Positions 30,101 to 39,172 of a stretch of 64,000 bases of DNA are shown piece after piece (position 1 is the first letter of the stretch; the number at the start of each line of letters is the position of its first letter). The DNA comes from Opitutia bacterium (GTDB lineage: Bacteria > Verrucomicrobiota > Verrucomicrobiia > Opitutales > T3Sed10-336). Location of the stretch: contig JBJHCF010000003.1 in NCBI GenBank assembly GCA_050506795.1, positions 32,001 through 96,000 on the forward strand. The letters run 5' to 3'. A program made the position numbers and the translations under genes. Under the pieces are notes generated by a model. That model was not told where the DNA came from. It did no database searches and was given only the letters and a program-made list of their open reading frames with translations.

Positions 30101-30617
30101 CCCTCCAGTCGTGAGATCCATCCTGATTGTAGTCGGGAAGCCATTGGTTTTGGTCGCTTCTTTCCGGCGCCAGCTCCGCGCGCAGAAAGGATCGCCGGTC
30201 TTCCACTGTCTCCCAGGTGATGGACGGAATCATCCAGTCGCGCCGGTCGCGAATATCAAATTCCGATTGCCGGTGCCGGGTGGTCTGGGTCACCAGGACG
30301 CGCCCCTGGTCGTCCACATCCAGGGCCACCGGATCTCCAAGCAATTTTTCCGACGCCCAGAGGGAAACCTCGAAACCATCCATCAGGTTCACCGAAACCT
30401 CGCTTCGGATCTCATCCCTATCCCGGGCCGCTTCCTCGGGTTGCAGTTCCACGATCTCGATCAACGGTTCACGGGTCTCGTGCACCGGCGCGGAATCGGC
30501 GGTTGTTTCTTCGAGCTGGGTATCGCGGGCGCATCCGGAGAGGAGAAGTAATATTCCGGCAAGGCTCAAAATCGGCGTCACCCGGAGTGGGAAGGGTTCT
30601 GATTGGTGGTGGTGCAT
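27153..30617 (-). CDS. PVC-type putative membrane-bound dehydrogenase lipoprotein (propeller + HEAT repeats + CxxCH cytochrome c)
   Basis: LLLLSGC lipobox, GFGVHIGFSGHG, GLRNTHEFAFD, HEAT repeats, CVRCH...GPDLT, SSMP. Confidence 0.88.
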   Translation of the reverse strand: MHHHQSEPFPLRVTPILSLAGILLLLSGCARDTQLEETTADSAPVHETREPLIEIVELQPEEAARDRDEIRSEVSVNLMDGFEVSLWASEKLLGDPVALDVDDQGRVLVTQTTRHRQSEFDIRDRRDWMIPSITWETVEDRRSFLRAELAPERSDQNQWLPDYNQDGSHDWRDLTVLQERVFRIEDTSGDGLADRSQVLYEGFNDEVSDIAAGVLAYGDDVYVTVAPDLWRLRDTTGDGWADEKASIAHGFGVHIGFSGHGLSGPVVGPDGRIYWAIGDYGINVEAPDGTRWEYPNTGVIMRANPDGSDFEVFASGLRNTHEFAFDQYGNLVSVDNDGDHGGEHERFVYLVNGSDSGWRINWQFGKYGDPANNSYKVWMDEELFRPRFEDQAAYILPPIAAFRSGPSGFAYNPGTAFTEEWKDHFFVTHFVGSPPQSRIVAFSLEEAGAGFELAEQHTLLSGLLPTSLAFAPDGALYFADWISGWGMNGAGRIWKLDTPETRGSDLRRETETLIREDFSEREIGALAPLLHHPDMRVRQKAQFELARREEPGSAALLAAVEQSEHQLARIHGLWGLGQMIRAGNDLAGHLIPFLADEDPEIRAQTARVLGDVRHEGAGEALIGLLRDEHSRPKFFATEAIGRIGHGPALEAIAEMLVENDDRDAYLRHGGAIALARIGRAQPLTAYADHPSRALRIASVVALRRMEAPGVAAFLSDEDELVVVEAARAINDDRSIPAALPELARTLEEERFTREPLLRRAINANLRVGDQAAARRLAAYAVRPDAPETMRVEALDVLAVWPAPSILDRVDGWHRGPLENDPALARDAVSAEMEYLLTAEPNSAVRAAAIEVAGRLAVRDAAPLLMTLLREDGSSSVRAAALNALNRMESDLLPDAVERAMADANSDVRRAALNLAPSLDYGGPELANLLADVVEEGSLREQQTALSALGRLGNERAFAHLETYLAQLVARDLPVELHLDLIEAAEATEHPPLIEALVEYRATLEGDNAVAAFAETLYGGHIATGRQIFRDHPAASCVRCHAIQGRGGDAGPDLTNLGARSTREEILQALVAPNARITPGYGIVSLDLQDGERIIGILREESDSHLVMDVGGEVRSIARTEVAERIDAPSSMPSVEPVLTKREIRDLLAYLASLD

Positions 30618-31024
30618 GGAGGCGCAGTACGGTGAGAATCTTCTGATTGGAAAATAGCCGATCGAATCAGAATGTCACCGTTTGGCCAGTAAAAAACCCG
30701 GATCCGGAACGGGAGAAAGGTCCTTTTCGGACAGGAACTTATCCGGCCGATCCGACGAAATAGGGAGCGCCGGGAAAATTAATGGGGTGAAGGAGCCGGA
30801 GGAACGGGATATATTAGCTTAGATTAACTTGTGAGAGAAACGGGCTGATGCTCCCGACAGGTGCGGATGCTCGGTTTGGGAGGTTAGATGGAAGGAAATG
30901 ATTCAATCGCCGTAATTCCTGACGGTTGATGGCTGTTTTGTGTTCAGCGATCGTGGGGAAGGTGGAAATTCGGATTGATCCGTGACGCGGGATGACGGGG
31001 TAAACAAATCAATAGGAGGAGGGT

Positions 31025-31537
31025 ATGAACAGTAGGAATGGCTTCGGGCGAAAGGAGCGAGCGCGGCCACGCGGGGACGTCTGGTCTGTCGACTCGAAAT
31101 CAAGTGGTCCCGGTCAGTCGAGAACGGGAGGAGCTGGAACGGGGGAGCGATGGAATATCAACCGGACCATTCTGTTGGTTGAAGACGACCGGTCGGTGCG
31201 GGATATGTTGACCATAGTACTCAGACGGTTGGGTTATCAGGTCCTGTCGGCGGCCGACGGACCGCGGGCGATCGAACTCTGGGATTGCTCGGGCGTGAAG
31301 ATCGATCTGTTAATGACCGATCTGGGCATGTCCCGGGGGATGAATGGTTTGGAACTGGCTCAGCGGCTTCGCGAGGAAAAGAGCGATTTAAAGGTGATTG
31401 TTTTCAGCGGTTTCATCACCGAGGCCGTTGAAAGGAAAATCCTGGCGACTGAGGATACGATCTCGCTGCAAAAACCATTTGACCAGCAGACGCTGGCCCG
31501 GGCGGTGAGTGAATTCCTGGCGGTGGGTCGAACCTAG
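31025..31537 (+). CDS. Stand-alone response-regulator receiver domain
   Basis: AGGAGG Shine-Dalgarno before ATG; ILLVEDD, LLMTD, SG, KPF. Confidence 0.85.
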   Translation: MNSRNGFGRKERARPRGDVWSVDSKSSGPGQSRTGGAGTGERWNINRTILLVEDDRSVRDMLTIVLRRLGYQVLSAADGPRAIELWDCSGVKIDLLMTDLGMSRGMNGLELAQRLREEKSDLKVIVFSGFITEAVERKILATEDTISLQKPFDQQTLARAVSEFLAVGRT

Positions 31538-31725
31538 TCCCGGACGAAACGTTTTATCGAGTATGTTCGGGTTCTTCGGAATCGGTTGGACGGCACTCTC
31601 TTTCGGGTTTAGGAGTGTCAGGGAATCCGAACGCAATGTTGCCGTTATTCATATCCGGTTCGATCTCATGTCGGCGCCTGCAGGTCCCGGGCACGGAGTG
31701 CCGCCGAGAAGCGATTCTTTCGAAG

Positions 31726-34293
31726 GTGACGAGGCCCGGATGTTTTTTGGCGGTGCTCCTCCTGATAATCGCCCTAGCCGGAATCGCTGACGCCGACGAA
31801 ATTTCCCCGCCTGATCAGGTATTCGCCGGACACCATGCACCGGTTTCCACGGTGGACTTTTTTCCGGATGGTGAAACGCTGCTGACCGCCGGATTCGATG
31901 GTGTTGCCCGCCTGTGGAGCCGAAGCGGCGGCGACCCGATTCACGTTCTAACCGGGCATGACGGTTGGATCCATTCGGCCGCGATCTCAGGCGACGGCAG
32001 GCGGCTGGCCACCGGAGGGGCGGACGGTTCGATCCGGCTTTGGGATGCGGAATCCGGTGAGGTTGTGCGAATCTTTTCGGCGCCCTGGGGAGCCGTGACC
32101 GCGTTGGCGTTCTCGCCGGGTGGCGAAGGGCTGGCGAGCGGGAGTTCCACTGGCGCGACCACGATTTGGAGCGTCTCGAACCAAGAGCCGGTGCGATCGT
32201 TTGGCGGGGGCGGAGGCGCGGTGAGTTCATTGGCATTTGCTCCTGACGGAATTCGAGTCCTGGCCGGGGACTGGGAAGGCGGAGTCCGCCTCTGGGATAC
32301 GGCGACCGGGGGGCTGATCCGGGAGTTTCGAGGACACACCGGAGCGGTGACGTCGGCGACCTTCTGGCCGAGCGGAGCAAGTGTGTTGACGGGAAGCCTG
32401 GACGGCACCGCGCGTTTCTGGCAGGTTGCCACCGGGGAGGAAATCCGGCGATTTCAGGCCGGCGCCCCGGTATCGGCCGCCACCTTGTCGGCGGCGCAAA
32501 CGATTGTAGTCACGGCCACCATGGAGGGCTCGGTTCGTATTTGGAATTTGGCGACGGGAGCGGCGATCAACACCTGGCCGGCCCACGACGCGGCAATCGG
32601 CTCGGCGGCAATGTCTCCCGACGGCATGCGTCTGTTGACCGGAGGAGGTGAGGGCACGGCCCGTTTATGGCGGACGTTTCCAGTGGGATACGCGGTGCAG
32701 GTTCTGGAGACGCCGTCATTTGGTGAGAATATCGTCGGCGAGCAGGAGACCGGGGTTGTGCGTTTGCGCAACGCCCTGACGACGCCGATCGATCTGCGAT
32801 GGGGAACGCTTCCGGAAGGCTTCACCATTTCGGGGGATCTGCGCTCCCTGGCGCCGCGTGAGACACGTGAGTTTACGCTCAGGTTTACCCCGCGCAGGGA
32901 AGGGTTGCAAACGGGACCCCTGGTTTTGTCGGCTTCCAATCTGTCGGGCTCCAAAACGATTGTTCTTTCCGGTGAAGGTGTATTGTATCGTCCGATACAC
33001 ACGATGGAAACGCAGACCCAACCCGTGCATGCGGCGGATTTATCGGTTGACGGAAAGTTTCTGATCACCGGAGGCGCGGATCGTACCGCGGTTGTGCGCG
33101 AAACGCAAAGCGGCGAAGTCCTGGCCTTGCTTCCCGGCCACGGGGCAACGGTTCAGGCCGCGGCGCTTTCAGCGGACGGCCTTTTCGCCGTCTCCGGTAG
33201 CGGTCAGGGCCGGATTTACCTGTGGGATTTGGAAGACGGGCCGGTGGCAGAGCCGACCAGGAGTTTCAGCGGGCATTTCGGGGCGATTTATACGGTGTCT
33301 ATTTCTCCCGACGGCCGGCGTTTTGTCACCGCGGGCTGGGACAATACCGTCAGACTCTGGTGTCGCGAAAGCGGAGATTTGGTGCATGCGTTTTCGGGGC
33401 ATACCCGTCAGGTGATTTCGTCTGCATTTTCTCCCGACGGGGGCCTGGTGCTCACCGGATCGGCCGATTCCACGGCTCGCTTATGGAACGTGGAATCGGG
33501 CGGATTGGTGCAGGCATTTTCTCCGGGCGTCGGCCGGATCAATGCCGTGGTGTTCTCGCCTTGCGGGCGGCGAATTCTGACCGGAGGGAGTGACGGCGCT
33601 GCGAGGTTGTGGTCGGTGGAAACCGGAGAGTTGCTCTTGAGCTTTGCCTACGGCGAGGGGTGGGTGGTTTCGGCGGCCTTTTCCGACGATGGGAGATGGA
33701 TTCTTACCGGGCATCTGGATGGGCGGGCGCGGTTGGTTGACGCCGTAAACGGAGATCTTCTGCGTACCTTTCCGGCCACCGGAACGGCGGTGCGCCTGGT
33801 CCGTTTTTTTCCGGGGAGTTCGCGGGTTTTTTTCCTGGGCAATGATGGCCGGGCGACGATCTGGTCAACGGTGGTGGATTTCCCGATCACTTTCGGTGAA
33901 TGGGTCGAGGCGTTGCCGCCCGGGAACGATGCGCGCCCTGGAGGCCGACCACCCGGAAGGCGACTGGCGAACCTGGTAAGGTACGCTTTGGGACACCAGG
34001 CCGACCGGGCGGAGGAGGGATTGTTGCCGGAGGTGACCAGGGGTGATGACGGGGCGGTGATTTTTGAATTCGATCGCCTGGCCCGCCGCCCCGATACGTC
34101 GATCAGCCTTGAAGTGTCGAATGATCTGAATACCTGGGAAACTGTCGCGTTGGCGGTGGGACTCGGTCCGTTTCTCCCCACGGGAGAGGGAGGAGTCACT
34201 GTGATTGGAGACCTCCGAGAGAGGAGGGTTCTTGTGGTCGACGAACACCCGTATCGTCGGGCCTTCCGCTTGGTCGTGCGCCTGGAAGAGTAG
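31726..34293 (+). CDS. Exported WD40-repeat protein: two propellers separated by an Ig-like domain, with C-terminal module
   Basis: Signal peptide after GTG 31726 (ORF starts 31615). Two blocks of about seven GH...FSPDG...LW repeats. NLVRYALG...SNDLNTW...FRLVV tail. Confidence 0.85.
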   Translation: MTRPGCFLAVLLLIIALAGIADADEISPPDQVFAGHHAPVSTVDFFPDGETLLTAGFDGVARLWSRSGGDPIHVLTGHDGWIHSAAISGDGRRLATGGADGSIRLWDAESGEVVRIFSAPWGAVTALAFSPGGEGLASGSSTGATTIWSVSNQEPVRSFGGGGGAVSSLAFAPDGIRVLAGDWEGGVRLWDTATGGLIREFRGHTGAVTSATFWPSGASVLTGSLDGTARFWQVATGEEIRRFQAGAPVSAATLSAAQTIVVTATMEGSVRIWNLATGAAINTWPAHDAAIGSAAMSPDGMRLLTGGGEGTARLWRTFPVGYAVQVLETPSFGENIVGEQETGVVRLRNALTTPIDLRWGTLPEGFTISGDLRSLAPRETREFTLRFTPRREGLQTGPLVLSASNLSGSKTIVLSGEGVLYRPIHTMETQTQPVHAADLSVDGKFLITGGADRTAVVRETQSGEVLALLPGHGATVQAAALSADGLFAVSGSGQGRIYLWDLEDGPVAEPTRSFSGHFGAIYTVSISPDGRRFVTAGWDNTVRLWCRESGDLVHAFSGHTRQVISSAFSPDGGLVLTGSADSTARLWNVESGGLVQAFSPGVGRINAVVFSPCGRRILTGGSDGAARLWSVETGELLLSFAYGEGWVVSAAFSDDGRWILTGHLDGRARLVDAVNGDLLRTFPATGTAVRLVRFFPGSSRVFFLGNDGRATIWSTVVDFPITFGEWVEALPPGNDARPGGRPPGRRLANLVRYALGHQADRAEEGLLPEVTRGDDGAVIFEFDRLARRPDTSISLEVSNDLNTWETVALAVGLGPFLPTGEGGVTVIGDLRERRVLVVDEHPYRRAFRLVVRLEE

Positions 34294-34362
34294 GGGGCGT
34301 CCGGCGATGGAGTGGTTCGGGATTCGGGGATCGCGTTGCCCGGTCCGGTCAAAGGGAGGCGG

Positions 34363-37300
34363 TCAATTCTTCTCCAGGCGAAGACGAAGGAAGTAAGGCT
34401 CCGGCGATTGGACCGGATCGGCCAATCGGAAACGGACCGTGCGTACGGTCGGGTTCTCTTGCAGGGTTTCGGTTTGGCCTTCCGCCGGCTCCCAGGACTG
34501 GAGGTCTGTGGAGGCTTCCACGTGAAAAGTAATATCGGTGGCTGCTTTCAGGCGGGTGTAATCGATATAGGGATAGGACTCGCCTTTTTCGACCAGAATG
34601 CCCGCCCGGGGCAGCGAGGCGGACAGCGGCGCCGACGGATCGAGGCCGAGCGCGTATCGCATTAGATTGGGGACTCCCCGGTCGCCTGGGTCGGCCATGG
34701 GCCCGAACTGTTGCGGGTTCTCCATGGCATCCGTTCCGAACGCATTGCGCGCCCAGTCGTCGTAGTGTATTGCATGAATCGATACGTTAGCGGAAATCAG
34801 GTAGTCGATTCGACCCGTGTCCCAGTTATTGACTCCCACCCACCAGACTCCGGGTTCGGGGTGCAAGAACTGGCAGAACTCCTCCTGGACGCCGGCGAGA
34901 AAGGGACGGCAATCAAAGGAATTGAGATCGGGCTTTTCCCCCTTGCGGACGTAGAGGTCGGCGTCACCGCTCAAACCCGCCAGAACAACCTCCAATTGTC
35001 CCGCCTGCATGTGGGGGACCTCGACCCGGTAATACTTCCAGTCGTACTGGCGTTCCCGGCCGGTGATAAAATCCGCACGAACCGATCCCGGAGCGAGGGT
35101 TGTCGGTTCGACACCGGCCTGCTCAACGGTCAGCAGGACACGGCCGCCGGCGCTGATGGTGGCCGTGCGGGGCAGTGCGCTCCCCTGGTGGGCGGCCGCG
35201 CCGTAAATGACGTCGGTGCTGCCGCTTCCGCTGCGCGGGGTGAGGAACAGGAGCCAGTCGGCGCTGCTTTCGAGGCTCCACTGGCAATTGGTCAGCGAGC
35301 TTTCCAGCCGGGCCGTGAAGTAGCCGCCTTGTGAAGGCAGGGTCACCGTGCCCTCGCCCAGGGTGAAGTGGCAAGCCGGTTCGACTTCGAACACCTCCGG
35401 CAATTCGATTGAATCTCCGTCCGGGGAGAACAGTTCCAGATTCCACTGTCCGGCGGGCGCGGCGTAGAGATCGAAGCGGGCGGTGATGACGGACGGGGTG
35501 ACCTGAATGCCGAATCCCTCCGCCGCGCCACCTTGCGGGCCGGTGAGGCGGAGGTTGGTTCCCGGCAGAAATCCGGCGCCATGAATTTCCACCACGGCCA
35601 CTCCGTTGTTGGGTGCGGACTGAGGTTCGATGAAGTCGACCTGGGTGACGGTCGTTTCGGCTGCGTCCACGGAGGCGCCGGTGACGATGAGGGAATAGAT
35701 TTGCTCGGATCCCGGCTGCGCCTCGTCATATTCCACCCGCACGGTATAGGTTCCATTTTGGGGTTCGGGAATGTCGACCCGAAGAGTGTTGTCGACATGG
35801 TTTCTGCCGGTGGTGGCCGGCGCCGCCGGATTGGCGGGGTCGAGGCGAAAGGGGTGATGCCGGAAAGATCCGTCGGGCGAGAGAAGCGACAGGTGAAGAT
35901 TATTCACCAGGGTGGGCGAACGCTGATCCGTTTCGGATACCGGCCCGGTCGGCGGGGGATCCGTCCAGGAGAGGGTTGCCAGGATGGGGGAGTCTTCGTC
36001 CCAGGTTACCCGGTATTCCCGAGCCGGCCGTGAGGAGGTAAGCGAATCTTCGATGAACACCCGGCTTCGGGGAGAAGCGGCGTAGCGACGCACGATGGCG
36101 GCCGCGGCTTCGGTATTGATCAATCCCCATCCGTAACGGTAGTCCGGGCCCGGATTGCCGAGATCGTCGGCGGAGTGGATCAAAAGGGCTTTGAGTGTGC
36201 TCGCTCGGGGGGCATGTCCCGGGAAATACTCCCGGTAGAGCTCGGTTAGCAGCGCGAGTGACCCGGTGGTGGCCGGAGCCGCCATACTGGTACCGGAGGC
36301 CCGACCGTACCAGCCGTCGAGGGCCACCGGAGAAAGCACGCCGACACCGTGAGCGACCAGATCGGGCTTGATGCGGCCGTCGTCGGTGGGTCCCCAGGAA
36401 CTGAACGCCGTCATTCTGGCGTCGAATCGACCGCTCCGCTGGGAGGCGGGGAGAAAGTCGATGGCGCCAACGGTAAGGACGTTCTTGGCGATCTGATAGG
36501 AATTTACGGTGTCGAAACCCCGCTTGTAGACCGCGTCTCCCGGCGGATGCAACTCGGGGTCGTAGGGAACGACTCGATCGTTGATCAGGACCGGATCTCC
36601 TTTTCGAGGATCGCCGGAGCGGTGGTTGCCGGCCGCCCACACGGAGAGCAGGTAGGGCGAAGAATGAGCCAGCACGTCGGTGAGGTAGGCGAACTCGTCA
36701 TAACGGCCGAACCGGTCGTGGCCGGTGAACACGAAGGCGTTGCGTTCGCCGAGGAAAACCCAGCCCGCGACCAGTCCGTAGGAATGATTGGCCAGGGAGA
36801 TGGTGCCGGGTTCTCCGGGGTAAAACGGAGCCCGGCCGGCCATTTCGGCGAGCGCCTGGTTCCAGTCATAACCCTCAATCGTGGCCTGCGGCGCCACTCC
36901 GGTCGCCGGGGCGTGAGTGCCGCGGGCGGCGATGGTGCCGGCAACGTGGGTGGAATGGTGTGAAAAGAAAGGCGCACTGTGGTGATTGATAACGCGTCCG
37001 CGGTCGAATTCGCTATGGCTGGCGAGGATCCTGGCTTCGTCCCAAACGCCGACATGCACCCCTTTGCCGGTGGCTGAAAAACGACCGGGGCCGAGAATCG
37101 GGCGGGATCGGACCGATTGCGCTGCGACGGCGTTGAAGGTGGTTCGGTATAACGGCACACCGTTTTCAAAGGCCACCAGTTCGAGGGTGCGCCCGTCGTT
37201 GTCGACCGTACGGGCGGGGAATCCGCGGCGCCGGGCTTCCTCGCGGGCGGCGGCCTCGCGGTGCAGGCTGTATTCACGCAGGGTTTGCGCGAGGGATTCC

Positions 37301-37650
37301 CGATCCCGGCTGGATTGCCATGCCAAGGCGGCCGGCGCGGGCAAAGGGGGCGGTACATCGAACGAATCCGGAGGCGTGTATTCGTTTTCCTGAAACGGTT
37401 TTCCGGTTTCGGTCCCGGCGGAGGGTAGAAATCGGCCTGGAGGCAACGGCATGACGGGCGGTTGCGCCGCCGTTTCGGAATTCTGCCGGAAGCCGGTCGG
37501 ACTCTCCGATGCCATGGCGCCACCGGTTTCGGCGGCGGGCGGTACGGGCGTGGGATGTTGGATCGTCGTATCGTCGATACGAACCAGCAGGGAAGCGGCC
37601 GCCGCCAGGGCGAGGGTGAGAACCAGGAAGAAATGACGACGACCAAACAT
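34363..37650 (-). CDS. Exported S8 (subtilisin-like) serine peptidase with BACON-like and PPC domains and C-terminal module
   Basis: Triad VGVWD / HSTHVAGT / GTSMAAP, SSWGPTDDGRIKPD, GDADLYVRKG..P (PPC). Confidence 0.92.
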   Translation of the reverse strand: MFGRRHFFLVLTLALAAAASLLVRIDDTTIQHPTPVPPAAETGGAMASESPTGFRQNSETAAQPPVMPLPPGRFLPSAGTETGKPFQENEYTPPDSFDVPPPLPAPAALAWQSSRDRESLAQTLREYSLHREAAAREEARRRGFPARTVDNDGRTLELVAFENGVPLYRTTFNAVAAQSVRSRPILGPGRFSATGKGVHVGVWDEARILASHSEFDRGRVINHHSAPFFSHHSTHVAGTIAARGTHAPATGVAPQATIEGYDWNQALAEMAGRAPFYPGEPGTISLANHSYGLVAGWVFLGERNAFVFTGHDRFGRYDEFAYLTDVLAHSSPYLLSVWAAGNHRSGDPRKGDPVLINDRVVPYDPELHPPGDAVYKRGFDTVNSYQIAKNVLTVGAIDFLPASQRSGRFDARMTAFSSWGPTDDGRIKPDLVAHGVGVLSPVALDGWYGRASGTSMAAPATTGSLALLTELYREYFPGHAPRASTLKALLIHSADDLGNPGPDYRYGWGLINTEAAAAIVRRYAASPRSRVFIEDSLTSSRPAREYRVTWDEDSPILATLSWTDPPPTGPVSETDQRSPTLVNNLHLSLLSPDGSFRHHPFRLDPANPAAPATTGRNHVDNTLRVDIPEPQNGTYTVRVEYDEAQPGSEQIYSLIVTGASVDAAETTVTQVDFIEPQSAPNNGVAVVEIHGAGFLPGTNLRLTGPQGGAAEGFGIQVTPSVITARFDLYAAPAGQWNLELFSPDGDSIELPEVFEVEPACHFTLGEGTVTLPSQGGYFTARLESSLTNCQWSLESSADWLLFLTPRSGSGSTDVIYGAAAHQGSALPRTATISAGGRVLLTVEQAGVEPTTLAPGSVRADFITGRERQYDWKYYRVEVPHMQAGQLEVVLAGLSGDADLYVRKGEKPDLNSFDCRPFLAGVQEEFCQFLHPEPGVWWVGVNNWDTGRIDYLISANVSIHAIHYDDWARNAFGTDAMENPQQFGPMADPGDRGVPNLMRYALGLDPSAPLSASLPRAGILVEKGESYPYIDYTRLKAATDITFHVEASTDLQSWEPAEGQTETLQENPTVRTVRFRLADPVQSPEPYFLRLRLEKN

Positions 37651-37832
37651 CAGTGAACTGCGGGAATTCCGGAGTGAATCCGGTGGCGAATGAGGAAAAC
37701 ATAGACCCGCTTTTCCTTCGGTTCAAGCTCCGCGCTTGTTCGGGGTGGGAGGCTTGTTTTTAAGTTGTCACCTCAGATCCCATTTTGGAAAATGAGAGAC
37801 AGGAAAACGGAGTATAAAAACCCCGGATAATT

Positions 37833-38279
37833 ATGGAATCAAAGGTTAAGGAAATTCTGGCCTGCAAAGGCGACACGGTTTACCAGGTTTCTCCCTCCAG
37901 TAGCGTGCTTGAGGCGATTCAGCTCATGAATGATCGCAAAATCGGCGCCCTCCTGGTGACGGAGCAGGGATGTCCGGTAGGAATGTTTACGGAGCGCGAC
38001 GTTCTCACCCGGGTGGTCCCGCCGGGGCTCGACGCGGTGCGGACCAGGGTGGAAGAGGTGATGAGCAAAGATCTGATCGTGATCCGGTCGGACATTTCCA
38101 TTCAGAATGCCATGCGGATCGTCACGGAAAAAAAACGCCGGCATTTGCCGGTGGTCGAAGAGGGACGGTTGCTTGGGTTGATCTCGATCGGGGATCTCAC
38201 CCGGTGGTTGGTGCGCGAACACGAGAACGAGGTTGAAACCCTGCTCGAGTACATCAACGGCCCCCAGGTGAGGGGATGA
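37833..38279 (+). CDS. CBS domain pair protein
   Basis: IGALLV...GMFTERD and RHLPVV...GLISIGDL. Confidence 0.92.
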   Translation: MESKVKEILACKGDTVYQVSPSSSVLEAIQLMNDRKIGALLVTEQGCPVGMFTERDVLTRVVPPGLDAVRTRVEEVMSKDLIVIRSDISIQNAMRIVTEKKRRHLPVVEEGRLLGLISIGDLTRWLVREHENEVETLLEYINGPQVRG

Positions 38280-38336
38280 TTCCGGGCTTTCGATTCCGGC
38301 CCGATGTGCTATTGGTCAGGAGCAGTTCCGCCCCTT

Positions 38337-38368
38337 AACCAAGAACCAAGAACCAGGAACCAAGAACT
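38337..38368. repeat. Heptamer tandem repeat in a convergent intergenic gap
   Basis: AACCAAG AACCAAG AACCAGG AACCAAG AACT. Confidence 0.85.
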
Positions 38369-38377
38369 GCGTTCCGA

Positions 38378-39172
38378 TCAAAACATCGGCTCAAGATCGG
38401 CCCGAGACCCTCTGGTGCCGAGAACGTAGGTTTTCCCGTCGCCGGCCCAAGAGGCGAACGCCCAGTTGTCCATTTTATTGAAGCGAGGATTGGCCCGCGG
38501 CAACGCCGGAGGCGTGGCGGTGGGATCCTCGATGACAAAGAGGTGATAGGTCTGATCCCCTTTCCTCATGCAAATGAGGGACACCTTCGATTTTTCCCAA
38601 TCGAACAGGCGGCAGCGAAATCCCTGGAGCTCATCGATGGCTCTTGGAACGTCCGATGCCTCCGGGCCGCCGACCTCCTTCACCCTAAGTCGCAATTCAG
38701 CCATGTTTTCGCTATAGTAGTCGAACTCGGGCACGCGCTGGAAGAGCGAGGTCAGTTCAGCGTAAAAACCGGAGGAGAACTGAGCATAGACCGGTTGGTT
38801 CGCCGCATTGCCGGCGGTGACGGGCTGATCCCGGGAACCCGCGATACCCCACAGGATCAAGCCGCCTGCAACAACGAGCACCGCGGCGTTGCGAAGCAGC
38901 GCCCAGGGAAAGGCGATAACTTGTGGAGCCGCCTCGGGGGGAGTCAGCTTCGCCCGAAGTTCAGCGGGTATGGGCAGGTTTTTCAGCCGCGCTCCGACGA
39001 TGCGATCAAATTCTCGTTCCCGCTCGTGCCAGGCTCGAAGTTCGGGATCGCGTTTGGCTTTGGCGAGCGCCTCGGCCCATTCGACATCATCAGTGGGCTC
39101 CCGATCCGGCGGACAGCACTCGAGGATGCCTTTCAGCCTAAGCTTTTCAGTTTCCGGTATTCTATCGTTCAT
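38378..39172 (-). CDS. Putative membrane anti-sigma factor (DUF3379-like)
   Basis: Overlaps the sigma gene; DPELRAW..E..FD N-terminal domain, one TM, periplasmic C...VSLIC domain. Confidence 0.75.
   Translation of the reverse strand: MNDRIPETEKLRLKGILECCPPDREPTDDVEWAEALAKAKRDPELRAWHEREREFDRIVGARLKNLPIPAELRAKLTPPEAAPQVIAFPWALLRNAAVLVVAGGLILWGIAGSRDQPVTAGNAANQPVYAQFSSGFYAELTSLFQRVPEFDYYSENMAELRLRVKEVGGPEASDVPRAIDELQGFRCRLFDWEKSKVSLICMRKGDQTYHLFVIEDPTATPPALPRANPRFNKMDNWAFASWAGDGKTYVLGTRGSRADLEPMF

Noticed and set aside
31150..31182. Out-of-frame ATG suggesting a frameshifted response regulator (MEYQP-TILLVED)
   Set aside because: The in-frame ATG at 31025 has a strong AGGAGG site and an open frame, so no frameshift is needed.
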